NCBI RefSeq assembly: GCF_001194135.2
Contig: NC_068981.1
Location: forward strand, 112,991,269 to 113,038,888
Direction: 5' to 3'
Source: Octopus bimaculoides
Lineage: Eukaryota
DNA length: 47,620 nt
Shown: piece after piece, positions 12,501 to 25,164 of the stretch
Layout of the letters: each line of letters starts with the position of its first letter
Position numbering within the stretch: the first letter of the stretch is position 1
Notes under the pieces: generated by a model
What the model was told of the DNA's origin: nothing
The model's input: the letters and a program-made list of their open reading frames with translations, nothing else
Databases searched by the model: none
Position numbers and translations under genes: made by a program

Positions 12501-14986
12501 CTTATACATTTTGCCTAACTTCTCACCTGTATAGCTTAAAGTTCTTAAAAGCATTTATCTCATTTACAAATTGTATTTTTTTTTCTATATTATTTGGAGA
12601 AGAGCATAGATGATTGAGAAGTGAGTGTTGAGTAACCAGTTCAGTTCATTGTCTGTTGCTAACTTTGCATTGGGCCTGTGCTCAAAATTGCTATTGTTAT
12701 ATATGTATCTCTATGAATTTTTGAAAATATTTATATGTAATTTCTACTGTACTTTCTCTTGGAGAGCATCCAAAAAGAAACATTTGATACCTCACTTGTG
12801 AAATTTTGCATGATTATTTTAGAAAATATGACCATTTTAAATGGTCAGCGAATTGGACAAAATTCTGCCTAATTGGCCTAAATGAATAATTAGCCATATT
12901 TGTGATGTCATATCTTTGAAACTGAGTTGATAATCATATTCAAATTAAACAAATTAATAGTGTTCATGGGGTAGTAGTAACTTTTTTTTCAGGTTCTTGA
13001 AAATGAAACTTTCTTTTGGTAATTTTTTTAGATATTTTTGTAAAGCTTATTCCATTGCATATAACAAACAGTCAATTTTGCAGTGTTTTCAGACATAGCT
13101 AAATCCAAAAGTGCAAGCCACAGGGACATGAGTTTTGGCACATTTGTGGTAGGTAAAGAACTAAATAAGTCCTGATATTTTGGAACATGATACCATTTTA
13201 ATATAATTTTAATGGACTATTAAAAATGGCTATAAATGGCATTTTCTAATCAGGATGCCCACATATGCTGGATTTTCTCCATTTTGACAAGAATTTTTCC
13301 AATTTCTTTTCCCACCATGTCTTGGAAATGATGAGTGGGGAACCTTTTTATGAAAAAATGTTTGAAAATTTATGCCGTGATCAATATTGGCCTTTTTTTT
13401 TTGCACTGCACACTTAAAATGATGGGAGGAGCCTTTTTGGTTAAAAAAAATAATAAATAAATGAGAATATTTTCAAACAAAAAGGTGTGTGATTTAAGGG
13501 ATATATAGCTGTTGTTTCTAGCACATCCCATGGCCACCTCATTCCTTTCTCAGGATTGCACGTAGACCTAGATTAAAAAACAAACAAAATGGGAAAACTA
13601 AAATCATAAATTAGATTGCTGTAACTTAGAGCAAACTCTTTAGTTGATGAGAGAGAAGGAAAAAACCCAAAATAAATATGTAAATACTTCCACAAATTAT
13701 CTGACTGAATTCGAAATTGGGGGAAAAAAAAAACCTATCCCATTGGATGTTAATGGTCTACAAAACAATATTCATTGCACGATATCATTTTTATTGGCAA
13801 AATTTGACCAATATTTCTTAAAGTAAAACAAAATTTACATGTATAAGAATACCTGCTAGGTAAAATTTGGACATTGTTCTCCAATGAGAAGGAATAAACA
13901 ACATTCTCAGTAAGAAGATCCTTAGTATGGAATCTTCTAGAAGACTTATGTAGCTCAATTTAGTGCAGTTTTTCATATAAATATATGTTTACTTAGTAAT
14001 CAGTTCATCCATTTCTTGAAATTCTGGCTCAAACTTGATATTTGAAGCCTTAGATCTGTGTTCCATTTGACCTTTTACCATGTGGGAACACATTAGTTTG
14101 ATGCATAGCATCAGTATACTACACTATTGACTTTTCACTTTTACACCACATCATGGCAATAACCATATTGAATTCACAAGAAATTTGTCTTTCTTAATTT
14201 AAAAATCTTGAAGAAAATATGTTCTTTTCTAAGTGAAAATTGACAATTAAAATTTTCACTTTTATGTTTCATAACAATTACCTGTCCTAATGCCATCAAT
14301 TTTTATATCAAAATAGTACAAAAAAAAAATCCTCTTCATAACTGTATGATTTTCAACACAAATCGAGTTATAACACTCTGGTGCATTGAACTAGAATGAG
14401 GGCTACCGTTCAGCAATCAAAAGAAAGAAAAATATAAGCAGAACTAACTTTGTGAATGTGTGAAAGTACCAGGGTGATTGAGGGACATATAAGTGTTTGA
14501 TTTTGATCAAAACTATATGAGAAGAAAGTCCACATCCAGAACTTCCAAATGATATATTATAATTTTCCACAGAAAAACTTTATTTTTACACGAGAATGAT
14601 CAAGTCAAAAGTATACTTTTGTGTGGTCAAACTGTGCTTGTCTCCCTTCTATGGTGCTCTATAGTGATGCCTACACTGTCTAATTTTGACTAGCTATTGC
14701 TGCATTGCACTTGTGTTATGCTAAGAAGGCTTTTGTTCCTCTGTTCACTTCTTTACTTTCCATTCTTAGCACAGCTTGTCTTAAATAATTTTGTTTTGTA
14801 TTTTTTCCATTACCAGCCTTTTATATATATTTTTCCAGCCTTTGCTCAATTTTTATGATTTATTTGTTCTCTGGAAGTTTTCAAAATTACTGATGAAGGG
14901 TTATTTGTCATTTGTTCGTCATTTTACCTGTAAAATTCTATGCCATCTCTGAACACACATTTTACAGTAAATATGCATGTGTATGT

Positions 14987-15285
14987 GTGAAGGTGTGTGT
15001 AACCTAGTGGTTAGGATGTGGAACCCATGATCTTGTGATAATGGTTTTAATTCCCAGACCAGAAATGTATTGTGTCCTTGAGCAAAAATTTTCATTTCAT
15101 ATTACACCAATCCACTCAGATGTAAATAGGTAACCCAGTGTATGATTGGCATTCTGTCTAGGGGAAATGTGACCTGCTCACCTAGCCAGTGAGTTGGCAT
15201 CATTCAAAAGTTACTACAATGCCAAGAAAGCTCATTGTGACCAGCAGTGTGTAATAACATCTGATAGTTTGTTTGATACAGTGAT
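14987..15285 (+). mobile_element. Decayed tRNA-derived SINE
   Basis: A-box-like tagtggttagg, B-box-like ggttttaattccc, then tgtgtccttgagcaa...ccactcagatgtaaat core. Confidence 0.7.
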
Positions 15286-15398
15286 ATATTTTTGAAATGG
15301 TTTGTATTGTATTATATGGTCAGTTGCAACAAATCTGTTTGAAGATAACAACAATTCAAGATGTCAATTGTCAATTTTATTTTAGTTATTGTTTTAAA

Positions 15399-15434
<36 letters not shown>

Positions 15435-15829
15435 ATATACATATTCACATGTATGTAGATATACACATACATTCACATATACACATAATATACACAGTAT
15501 ATAATACAATTTATACACACACACACATCCATCCACACAGCCACACATACATATGTATTATATATGCACATTATACATGTATATTTATATGCACATGTAT
15601 ACATATATGCACATAGAATTGAAAAAGTGATTCATAATAGATTTAAACAAGTATGAATGCAGTCACAATTATAAGATATGAAAGAAATCCAAAAGATCCC
15701 AAAACATTTTAAATGTAACTATACACTCATGTTGATTAATTTCACACAAGAATGTTACACTTGGAGAGGGTCAAATGTGAGTATTCAGATACCCACATTT
15801 GATGATTATTTCATTTATAAACCATGTGT

Positions 15830-16146
15830 GTGAAAGTGCAGGGCTTAGTGGTTAGGGTATTTGGCTTGTGATTGTTAGGTTCTGAATTTGATTCCTGGTG
15901 GTGTGTTGTGTCCTTGAACAAGACATTTTATTTCCTGTTACTCCAGTTTATCAAAAATGTGTAGTACCTGTATTTCAAAGGGCCAGCCTTGTTACATTCT
16001 ATGTCATGCTGAATATCTCTGAGAACTATGTTAAGGGCATGCATATCTGTGGAATACTCAACCACTTGTACATTAATTTCCCAAGCAGGCTGTTCCATTG
16101 ATTGAATCAACTGGAACCCTCATCAGCATAACCAACTGAATGCCAA
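15830..16146 (+). mobile_element. tRNA-derived SINE (mosaic)
   Basis: tRNA-like head cttagtggttaggg...ttgattcctgg and tgtgtccttgaacaa core. Its 3' half matches the tail of the SINE at 26765-26935. Confidence 0.75.
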
Positions 16147-16958
16147 ACCATGTGTAACTTGAACCATATTTTCTGAAAAAGTTAATTAGATACAGTACCT
16201 GTATGATTTAACTGTACAAAATAAAGTCCATAACTTGTCCAATTTCAGTTTGTGTCCACCTATAATATCTTTGGTATAAAAACTGCTCAATTTTCCAGAA
16301 TCTAGTTACATGATTTTTTTATATATGTTTAGTTTAGGTAAAAGTTTTTGATAAAATGCAATTCCATTATCTTCTGATACTTTGTCATCCCTTGAGCATT
16401 TGAAGAAGGAGAATATCTTGAATTTGTTGTCTCTACATATTTCCAGTTGTTTATCCGCTAGAATCTTGTGTAATTCTTTTTGTCTGATGTGTTGTCTGTT
16501 GTTTTTATCTGATGCATTAATGTAATAATGTGTATAATATGTGAAAGACTCAGCTGATACTAATGCACAGAAACAATTGCTGTGATTTGGATTAAAGCCT
16601 GTTCATTCAATCTTCTTGTATTAAAATTCTCTTGGTTGAATTCTGTGGATATTAATGGATTTCCACTTGTATGGAAATCCATTAATAAAAGAAAAGTTCC
16701 TGCTATATGGTAGCTAATACCTATAGAGAAGCTTTCGAAAGCATGCTATAATGTGATTTCAAAAGATGATATTAAAGAATATTAACTACTGTTCCATGCC
16801 TGAATAAAGTTGCTTTCATAATGCTGCTTGAAAGATGGAAAATTAAAAGGAATAGTGCTCTTGAACCCACTCACTGAGATTCTATTGAATCCTCATAACT
16901 AATTCTTTTAACATTATACTTAATTTTCATCAATGCTTCTAGCAAATCAACTTACACA

Positions 16959-17177
16959 ATGGAAAAGATGAAGCTAGAATTTCTCTAAAGGACATACCTG
17001 TTGCTAGCATGGATCAGTTCATATATCTCATCCATCGAACTAATGATTTTATCTGTAGAATGAGCTTGAAGGTGTTTCATTTTGATAATATTCGTGAAGA
17101 TCCCAACTTGGATAAGCCTGAAAAAATGAATTTTAAACTCGTCTTTAATCTCATCCTGGATGATTTTGAGTGAGATA
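16959..17177 (+). pseudogene. N-terminal remnant of a Penelope-like element ORF, truncated by a Helitron-type terminus
   Basis: ATG GAA AAG ATG then, after one frameshift, SLKDIPVASMDQFIYLIHRTNDFICRMSLKVFHF...DDFE*D. This aligns with SLKDIPIPPKSSYLKELIFRINEFNHRLHWKVYH...DTFEQE of the PLE at 44367. Confidence 0.7.
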
Positions 17178-17830
17178 TCTATATATATATATAAAACAAA
17201 GGTGTGTGTATTACATATGCATTTCTACAGTTTTCAACCAATTTTCACCAAACTTTACACACACATTACTTATGTGCCAAGGATGGTCATGCACTATAAC
17301 ATTTTGCCCAGTGCTCTCATGTAAAGCGAGAAACTGGGAAAAGCGGCATTTTACATGGGTTTTTCTTTAAAAACTTATGCAGTTTTCAACTGATTCTCTC
17401 CCTTTTCTCTCTCTGTTTATTTCTCTCTTCTCATTATCTGTTTCTCTTGCTCACACGTATTCTTTTTTACCCTCTGTAATACTTCCTCTCTTTAATCTAT
17501 GTCTGTTTCTTTCACTCTCTCTCTCTCTCTCTCTCTTTATCTCACTCACACACTTGCTAACTTCTGTTTACAAATTGACTTGCATGTATATTAGTCGTGC
17601 ATAAAAATCTGTTGTTACAGTTTTTGTACGTTCTCCCTGAAAAATAATTTAGTAATTTTAAATTTTTGTTCACCCAGTGTGTTTAAATTCAGTTTTGCCA
17701 CATCTGCCTAAAAATTAACTTCAGTGTATTTCAATTTTGTCATGCATAAATATCTTTGTCTTTACAGTATTTGTATATTCTCCCTACAACATTACTCCAC
17801 TTATTAAAAAATGTTTGCACTCTATCTATT
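17178..17830 (+). mobile_element. Putative Helitron 5' terminal region
   Basis: A|TCTATATATATATATAAAAC junction (Helitrons start with TC and insert after A), then ttttcaaccaattttcaccaaactt, a (CT)n run and a diverged internal repeat (about 17595-17640 vs 17740-17787). Confidence 0.5.
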
Positions 17831-17838
17831 TAAATACG

Positions 17839-19960
17839 CTATTTGCTGATGTACCTCACCATTTGGAAGATCTTGACCTCATCATTGTTCTGTGAATCCT
17901 GGACTGCAAAGACTGCCATGTCAGATCCTTTGTTGATATATTTGCAGACATACTTAATGGATTTCACTGAGTTAAAGAACTCAACATTGATGTGTTCCTT
18001 GAATATCTTGGAGAGGAGTGGACAGTATGGTACAACTGGAATTTCAGTATGAGCTGACTTCTTGATGGTGGTTTCAAACCCACTATCACCTGGCCTTTGT
18101 CTTCTGTAGAGGGGATAACCATCATATCCAGTCTGGGTGTCTTGAAGGAATTTCTTTGGAAAGCCTTTTGTACACTTTCTATCCCGCATGCATGGAGCAT
18201 GTAGGTTGATGTTTCCACATGAATCATGTACCATTTAGGTTTTGACCACACTGAAGAGTTCTGGGACTTCTTGAGGATCTAGGAGCTCTGCACTGATGAA
18301 TGTGTCTATTATGTTGGCATGTATTTTTTCTGTAAGCCATAGCAGGATGAGTACATGAGGAAGACCACATTTCTGCCATTTCTGTAATGTGGCATCTAGT
18401 GGCACCAAACACTTTATTTTTGATCAGTAACGGCATGAGCTTGATAACATACCTGAAGACCCTTGAAATTATGTCATGTCTATCTTTTGGCTGTTGGTTT
18501 GGGAAGAGTTCATTTTTAATCTCTTTCCATTTCACATTGCAAAGGTTATGAAGAGGTCTAGTTTCCCAGTGTCTAACATATATAATTGCGTCTTGTGTGT
18601 GTGTGCTCATGCATGTATCTTGGGCTTCCTGTGAATGACCATGGAAGGATGATCAGCAGACCCATGTTGTTAACATCATGATCATTCTGCATTGTACCTT
18701 GCAGGTGTGCATATGCTTACTTTCTTCTGGTTCAGTCTCCAGTAGAGTAGCCGTTCACTTTCAATTTTTGAATACATGTCAACAATGAACTGACTGAAAA
18801 GACCCCTACAATGTAGGATGTTGTTGGAATCTTCACTCCTCACTATGATGTGGAATGCATAGAAGTCATTGGGTGAGACTCTCTTTGAGGAGTTTTTCTG
18901 AGCAGTGTTGATGTGGTAACCATCTTATCCATAACAGAATAGCAGTGGATACTATAGTGTATCATAAGACCTGTGTGTTTCTGAAATCCTCATCAGTGTT
19001 CTATCTCTGAAATGGAGGACAGTGCCACACTTGTCATGTTCTTGCCCAACAAGAAGCACAACTATATCATTTGCTCTTGGCACATTAAACCTCCCTCCAT
19101 GTTGACCAGCTGGTTTCTTGCCTGACCTGGTAACTACCTTGTATGTCCTGGAGTGAGGTGGAATTCTTTCAAGTGCAGTCTTGAAGCTTCTGATTAGGTT
19201 GTTGTTGTTGTGCAGCATCTCTTGCAGAGACACCACAATGTTCATCCTGATGCTAGAAATGTTCTTGCACCTCTCTTCCCTTTCTTGTTCAGAATCACTC
19301 ATAAAGTGTATTTGTAGGAATTTTGGTGACTCATTTGACAGAGGTAGCTAAAAGCCAATATGATGATGTATCTGCCCATGAATCTTCGAAGTTTTCCTGA
19401 ATCCTGACTCAGTTATTTCTCTTGTGGCTCCAAATGATGTCATCTGTAGTGCAGTGTTGTATTCTTGAATTTTGTTTTAGAAGTGCTTAGAATCTTGGTC
19501 AGTTGATGACAACAGTTTCTTCAATGACTCTGGAGGTTGTGGCATTGCAGGGAGTTAAAGCTTTCCACCAAAGCAGCACAACCCAAGTGTCTTTCCAGGC
19601 CACTTCCTTACTTTACAGTGTATGCACTCGGTTGTCATTGCACCAATGGAAACTTTAGTGTCATCTTCATAATTAACTGCTGGATCATACTTGAAAGCTG
19701 CCTCATAGAAGTCGCTTCTCTGAGCTGCTGTAACTGCTTTTCCTTCTGTAGTGGAGATCCTATTTCTTGTCAGGCATACATACCTCTGATCAGCAGTTGG
19801 AGATGTTCAGGCAGCAGTAGTACACAACTGGTTTTATTTTTGACACATAACTCTTGTCTCATTATTCTCAGATGCTCTGGCTGCTGTAGTGCACAGTCTG
19901 TCTCTTTCTTGGTGTGTTTTCCTTTTTCCAGGTGTTTCTTTTTCCCTCGACAGAGACATA
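17839..19960 (-). pseudogene. Helitron RepHel N-terminal/Rep fragment
   Basis: E/R-rich N-terminus, CIHCKVRKW...LCCFGGK, AGQHGGRFNVP, RISETHRSYDTL*YPLLF, a degenerate HUH motif KWQKCGLPHVLILLW (about 18340-18385) and the catalytic-Tyr motif SIKYVCKYINKGSD. No helicase in the window. Confidence 0.92.
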
Positions 19961-19968
19961 CTTTTGGC

Positions 19969-20064
19969 TGACAGTACCAAGGTAGATAAAGCAATTAAGA
20001 GTATGAAGATAAGGAAAGCCCCTGGCCCATCAGGAATCACTGCAGAGATGCTGAAAATATCTGG
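19969..20064 (+). mobile_element. 96-bp RTE RT fragment inverted relative to the adjacent LINE
   Basis: DSTKVDKAIKSMKIRKAPGPSGITAEMLKISG; an inverted near-copy of 21234-21329. Confidence 0.85.
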
Positions 20065-22572
20065 CCCATGTTTCACTGCCATGTAGCATGGCTGTTCCTA
20101 CACATGCGTCATACAGTCTGCCTTTTACTCTGAGTGAGAGGCCCTTTGTCACCAGCAGAGGTAAGACCTCTCTGAACTTTGCCCAGGCTATTCTTATTCT
20201 AGCAGCTACACTTTCAGCATACCCTCCCCCACTACTAACTTCGTAACCTAGGTGGCGGAAGCTATCAACTACATCCAGTTTTTCTCCCAGGAATGTGGCA
20301 GAAGTTGTTTCCTGCACATTTTCAGTGTTTATTGCTCCTGAACATCTGCTACATACAAAAACTAACTTCCTAGTTAACCTGCCTTTGATATTGCTGCACG
20401 TTTTATGAGCTCATAGCATGTACTGGGTACATCTTATAGAGTTTCTACCTACACCTTTTCTACAGATTGAGCAGGGCCATCTACCTGAAGGGATTTATGT
20501 TTTGTCTACCTTCCTACTTTGGTTTTAGCTAGGTTCACTCTAAGGCCCTTCGATTCTAGTCCCTGCTTCCACACCTGAAACTTCTCTTCTAGTTCTGATA
20601 GTGACTCAGCAATTAGGGCATGGTCATCAGCATAGAGGAACCTCAAGGGCATCCTATCTTGAATTCCTCCGTTATCGCCTGGAGGACTATGATAAATAGG
20701 ATGGGGCTGAGGACAGAACCTTGGTGGACCCCTACCTCTACCCGGAATTCTTCACTGTACTTATTGCCAACCCTCACCTTACTGACAGCGTCTCTGTACA
20801 TGGCTCGCACAGCTCTCACTAGCCATTCTTCTATCCCTAGTTTACTCATTGACCACCAGATAAGGGATCGGGGACCCTGTCAAAGGCTTTCTTCATGTCA
20901 ACGAAAGCTAGGTACAGAGGTTTATCCTTGGTTAGGTATTTCTCCTGCAGCTGTCTTACCAGAAATATAGCATCAGTGGTGCTTTTCCCTGGCACGAACC
21001 CAAACTGCATTTCATCTAAACTGACTCGCTCACTAATTAGTTGGGCTATGACCCTCTCCATGACTTTCATTACCTGATCTAACAACTTGATGCCTCTGTA
21101 ATTATTTGTATCTAAAGCGTCCGCTTTATTTTTGTAACAGTTGACTATGGTGCTGCTACTCCAGTCATTGGGTATGACTCCTTCGTGTATCACCTGGTTA
21201 ACAGTATGGATGACTAGGCTATAGCTGACACTACCAGATATTTTGAACATCTCTGCAGTGATTCCTGATGCGCTGGGGGATTTCCCTGTCTTCATACTCT
21301 TAATTGCTTTATCTACCATGGTACTGTCAACTCAGATAGCTGGTCTCTCTGTTGGGTCGACATTTGGCAGACTCTCTTTCTCCCATTCATTCTCTTTATT
21401 GAGCAATCTTTCGTAGTGACGTCTCCAAACCTCTTTCTTTGCAGCCTCGTTTAGTGCAAGCGTACCATCATCCATGTGAACACATTTTTCTCCCACGACA
21501 TCACGATTCTCTCTCACACACTGTCTTGTAACACGAAATATCTCAAGTCTTTGGTCCTCATGGCGCAGAACATTGGCAAACTTTTTCTTTTCTGCTTCCC
21601 CTCTGGCTAAATAAACCTGTCTCCTAGCTTCCATTCTAGCAGTCTAATACAATTACCAGCAACCTCCGTTCTTCCAGTCCTTCCAAGACTGTTTCTTTTG
21701 TCTAATAGCCCTGTCAACCACATTGTTCCACCACCACGTTACTTTGGGTTGAGAGGGGACTTTACACTAGCCACAGATCTGGTCAGTGGCTCTCAGCAGG
21801 TTGTCCTATAGAAGCCTCCAGTTGTCTTCCACGTTGTATGATGCTATATCCCTTTCTATTTTGTCAAATGCTTTAAATAGTATGTCTCTAAATCTCTGAC
21901 CATTTGCAGGATCTTTAAGCTTGCAAACCCTTCTTCTCCAAGCCGGTCTACTTCTGGGCATCCTTTTTGCCTTGATCTCAAAGTCGCTAACTACTAATCT
22001 GTGTTGAGGGGTACATTCTTCGCCAGGGAAGGTTTTGGCATTTATAAGCTGCCCCTTTTCCCTATTTCTGGTGAGGATGTAGTCGATTTGGCTAGAGTGT
22101 CTGCCGAAACGGTAGGTGACTAGGTGACTGGCAGGTTTCCTGAAGTTGGTATTGCAAACCATAAGATCGTTTGCATCATAGAACTCCAGCAGTCTGGTTC
22201 TCTCCTCATTGTGGGAACCGAAGCCATAGCTTCCATGAATGCCATGGAAGCCACCTGCATGACGTCTAACATGACCATTGAAATCACCAGCCAACAAAGA
22301 GATGGTCCCTGTCATTCGTCAATGAGGTAGTTTGCAGGAGGGTGTCGTAGAATTGGTCTTTCTGCCCATCCAGTAGCCCCAGTTGAGGGGCATAGGCTGA
22401 GATGACGGTAGCTAATCTATGATGAAGCACTAGTCTAATCCTAAGTACTCTGTCACATATTCTGACTACCTCAATTACCTTATCAACCCATTTCTTTGCT
22501 AGGAGTATTTCCACACCCCCGACCCCATCAGTGTTCCCTGCCCAGAAAATCTTGTACCTCATGTTAATCTTT
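20063..22572 (-). mobile_element. RTE-clade LINE, APE endonuclease + RT, truncated at both ends
   Basis: APE motifs ISAYAP, GDFNGHV, SQIDYIL, HRLVV. RT motifs NYRGIKLL, QFGFVPG, HQGSVLSP and LYADD (20623-20634). PHD-like insert at 20335-20482. Frameshifted. Confidence 0.95.
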
Positions 22573-22742
22573 GTATGATTCATATATTGCTTTTACCAAT
22601 GATGTAGCTGGAATTTTTGTTCCAGTGGGCTTACAATTTTCCTCAATGTTTCAGTTTGAAGTGTAGATAGATAGGAGTTTAGTTTGGGTACTGAATTGGA
22701 AATATGCTGATTTCTGCACTATACTAATATATATCTTTTATA

Positions 22743-22970
22743 TTTTAATCGTTTCAACCATTAAACCTCAGCCATGCTGGGGCACCAGTTTGAAGGGTTT
22801 TAGTTGAATGAAATGACCCCACTACTTACTTTTTAAGATCTGGCACTTATTCTATCAGTCTCTTTTGCTGGACTGTTAAGTCACAGGGATATAAACAAAT
22901 CACATAGCTGTCAAGCAGTGGTGGGGAATAAACACAAATATGCACACACATACAAGCACATGCAGACACT

Positions 22971-23020
<50 letters not shown>

Positions 23021-23204
23021 CACACACGCACACACACACACACATGTAGAACTTCTTTCAGGTTCTGTCTACTAAATCAATATGCAAGGCTTTGGTCAGC
23101 CCAGTGCTATAGAAGAATAAAGACACTTACCCAAAGTGCAATTCAATGGGACTGAACCCAGAACTATGTGGTTGGAAAGCAAACTCCTTACCACACAGCC
23201 ATAC
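22743..23204 (-). mobile_element. tRNA-derived SINE with internal (TG)n, octopus-type family
   Basis: On the minus strand: head tggctgtgtggtaaggag...ctgggttcagtccc, then gcaaaagagactgatagaataagt and ggtgccccagcatggc near the 3' end. Confidence 0.85.
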
Positions 23205-23857
23205 ATCATCATTGTTTTACACCCGCTGTCTTTACTGGCATGGATTGGACAGGTCTGCTCATATAGACACTACACCAGTCAGAGTGTTTTCATCTTTCAT
23301 AATATTTTGCTCTTCCTAATGCTAATCATGATACAGAATGTCAGGGTTTGTTTTTCATGTCACTGGCACTTGAGAGATGTTATGTCCTTACAACTTTAAC
23401 TTTGCAGAGAGTATGTGGTGTATTTTTTGTGACATCAGTACTAGACATATAGCCATGTCCTCATCATGACTAAAGGGCTTCACCACCCTACATCTTATCT
23501 CACTCATTTATGAGAAGCATGAATGATGTGTGATAGATAAGTGATAGAATGCAGTATTCTGAGATAGGTACAAATATTCAAAACAACATGAATGAGTTTG
23601 TAAGAAGGTAACAGATGTCTTTGTGACGCAGGCATAGCAGGATGACAGAGGTTATGGTGTATAAGGGTACATATATTGATATATAGGTATGTTGATGCAA
23701 ACAGGAAAAATATAACTCAAAATATGAGTATATGTATATTTTTATTAATATTTAGCAGAAATAACAAAGTGAAAACACTCTGACTGATGTAGCATGTATA
23801 TGAGCAGACCTGTTCAATCCATGCCTGTATAGACAGCATGTGTAAAACAATGATGAT

Positions 23858-23918
23858 GCATGGCTGTGTGATAAAGAGTTTGCTTCCCAACCACATAGTT
23901 CTGGGTTCACTCTGTTAC
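23858..23918 (+). mobile_element. Head of the same SINE family, running into an assembly gap
   Basis: tggctgtgtgataaagagtttgcttcccaaccacatagttctgggttca matches the reverse complement of 23150-23204. Confidence 0.75.
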
Positions 23919-24096
23919 NNNNNNNNNNNNNNNNNNNNNNNNNNNNNNNNNNNNNNNNNNNNNNNNNNNNNNNNNNNNNNNNNNNNNNNNNNNNNNNNNN
24001 NNNNNNNNNNNNNNNNNNNNNNNNNNNNNNNNNNNNNNNNNNNNNNNNNNNNNNNNNNNNNNNNNNNNNNNNNNNNNNNNNNNNNNNNNNNNNNNN
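23919..24096. other. Assembly gap (N run)
   Basis: 178 N. Confidence 1.
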
Positions 24097-24192
24097 TTAT
24101 AAGTCGTGTATTAGCGTGTGTATATGTAAATATATAAAAATAAAAAGATAAAGAGAGCAATGGTAAGGTTGGAGAAGTAGTTTATGGATAGA

Positions 24193-24241
24193 GTCTTACA
24201 GCTGTTTCTGGGAAGATCCAGTACTTCCCTTCATCGGAGAC
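24193..24241 (-). ncRNA. Type I hammerhead ribozyme-like motif (PLE-type, core variant CCGAUGA)
   Basis: Minus strand: gtct-CCGATGA-a-gggaag-tactggat-cttccc-a-GAAA-cagctg-TA-agac. Stem I is 4 bp, stem II 6 bp perfect, stem III palindromic. Confidence 0.75.
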
Positions 24242-24324
24242 AGAAAAAATAAAGTAATCTATTATTATATCCATAGGCAGATATTTTTTAGTATGAAGTG
24301 GTAAAGAGTGTGATGCACTGAAAA

Positions 24325-24640
24325 AAGAGAGAACAGTACTTGAAGTGTAGTTTCATTCCAGTAGTAAATATCCGTGTAAAGTAATCCTTGTGGGGATAAT
24401 CCGGAAATAGATGTTGGAACAAAGGCTGATAGAGCATAGATAGCAGAGGTGAATATATGCCATACTGATATACTAAAATCCATCGCAGTATGGCATATAT
24501 TCACCTCTGCTAACTATGCTATATCAGCCTTTGTTCCAACATCTATTTCCTTATTATCCCCACAAGGATTACTTTACACGGATTTTTACACGGATATTTA
24601 CTACTGGAATGAAACTACATTTCAAGTACTGTTCTCTCTT
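24325..24640. repeat. 316-bp near-perfect inverted repeat (hairpin)
   Basis: Arms 24325-24467 and 24486-24640, 18-nt loop, 5 mismatches plus a 12-nt tandem duplication in the right arm. Confidence 0.97.
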
Positions 24641-25164
24641 ACTTTGGTAATAACTTTTAAAGTTTGTATTTATATCCTTGGTAATTTCATCTCATTAATC
24701 CATGACTGGTTTTGATTTATGTAGATAGACTTTGGTAGGAAAATTTCAAGTTTGTATATATATATATATATATATCCTTGTTAAATTCATCTTGGTAATC
24801 CATGACAATTTTGTGTAAACAGCACCTTATCCTGCATTCTATATTTGAGATGTAGAAGGTTGATTTTGGTGGTCAAAAGTATTAGTGTTAAATTTTTATT
24901 TGTATAACTGGAAGATACCAATTTAAATTTTGAATTATAAATTATAATTTCTTTATTTTTTTGTTGCAACTGTAAAGGTCTATTTATTGCTGGTTAAATG
25001 TGTACAGGTTCAAATTCTAAGAAAAGCAATTTACCGATCATTTAATGTATAATATGTCTTGTACATATGTTTTATCTACCAATCTATTTATAATTATTTC
25101 CTTATTTTGATATCATTACTATAATTGATAAATAATAGACACTAATGTAAATCTTTATTGCTTC

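Noticed and set aside
12600-14650. Possible DNA-transposon remnants in the AT-rich intron segment
   Set aside because: I could not identify a TIR pair, TSD or protein motif.
16545-16586. Third hammerhead (ctgatac...gaaacaattg) upstream of the second PLE remnant
   Set aside because: The palindrome after GAAA is suggestive, but CUGAUGA is broken, stem II is absent and there is no UH triplet. At most a dead relic.
24265-24715. Two similar small proteins on opposite strands (MNICHT...)
   Set aside because: They are a by-product of the 316-bp palindrome, with no independent coding evidence.
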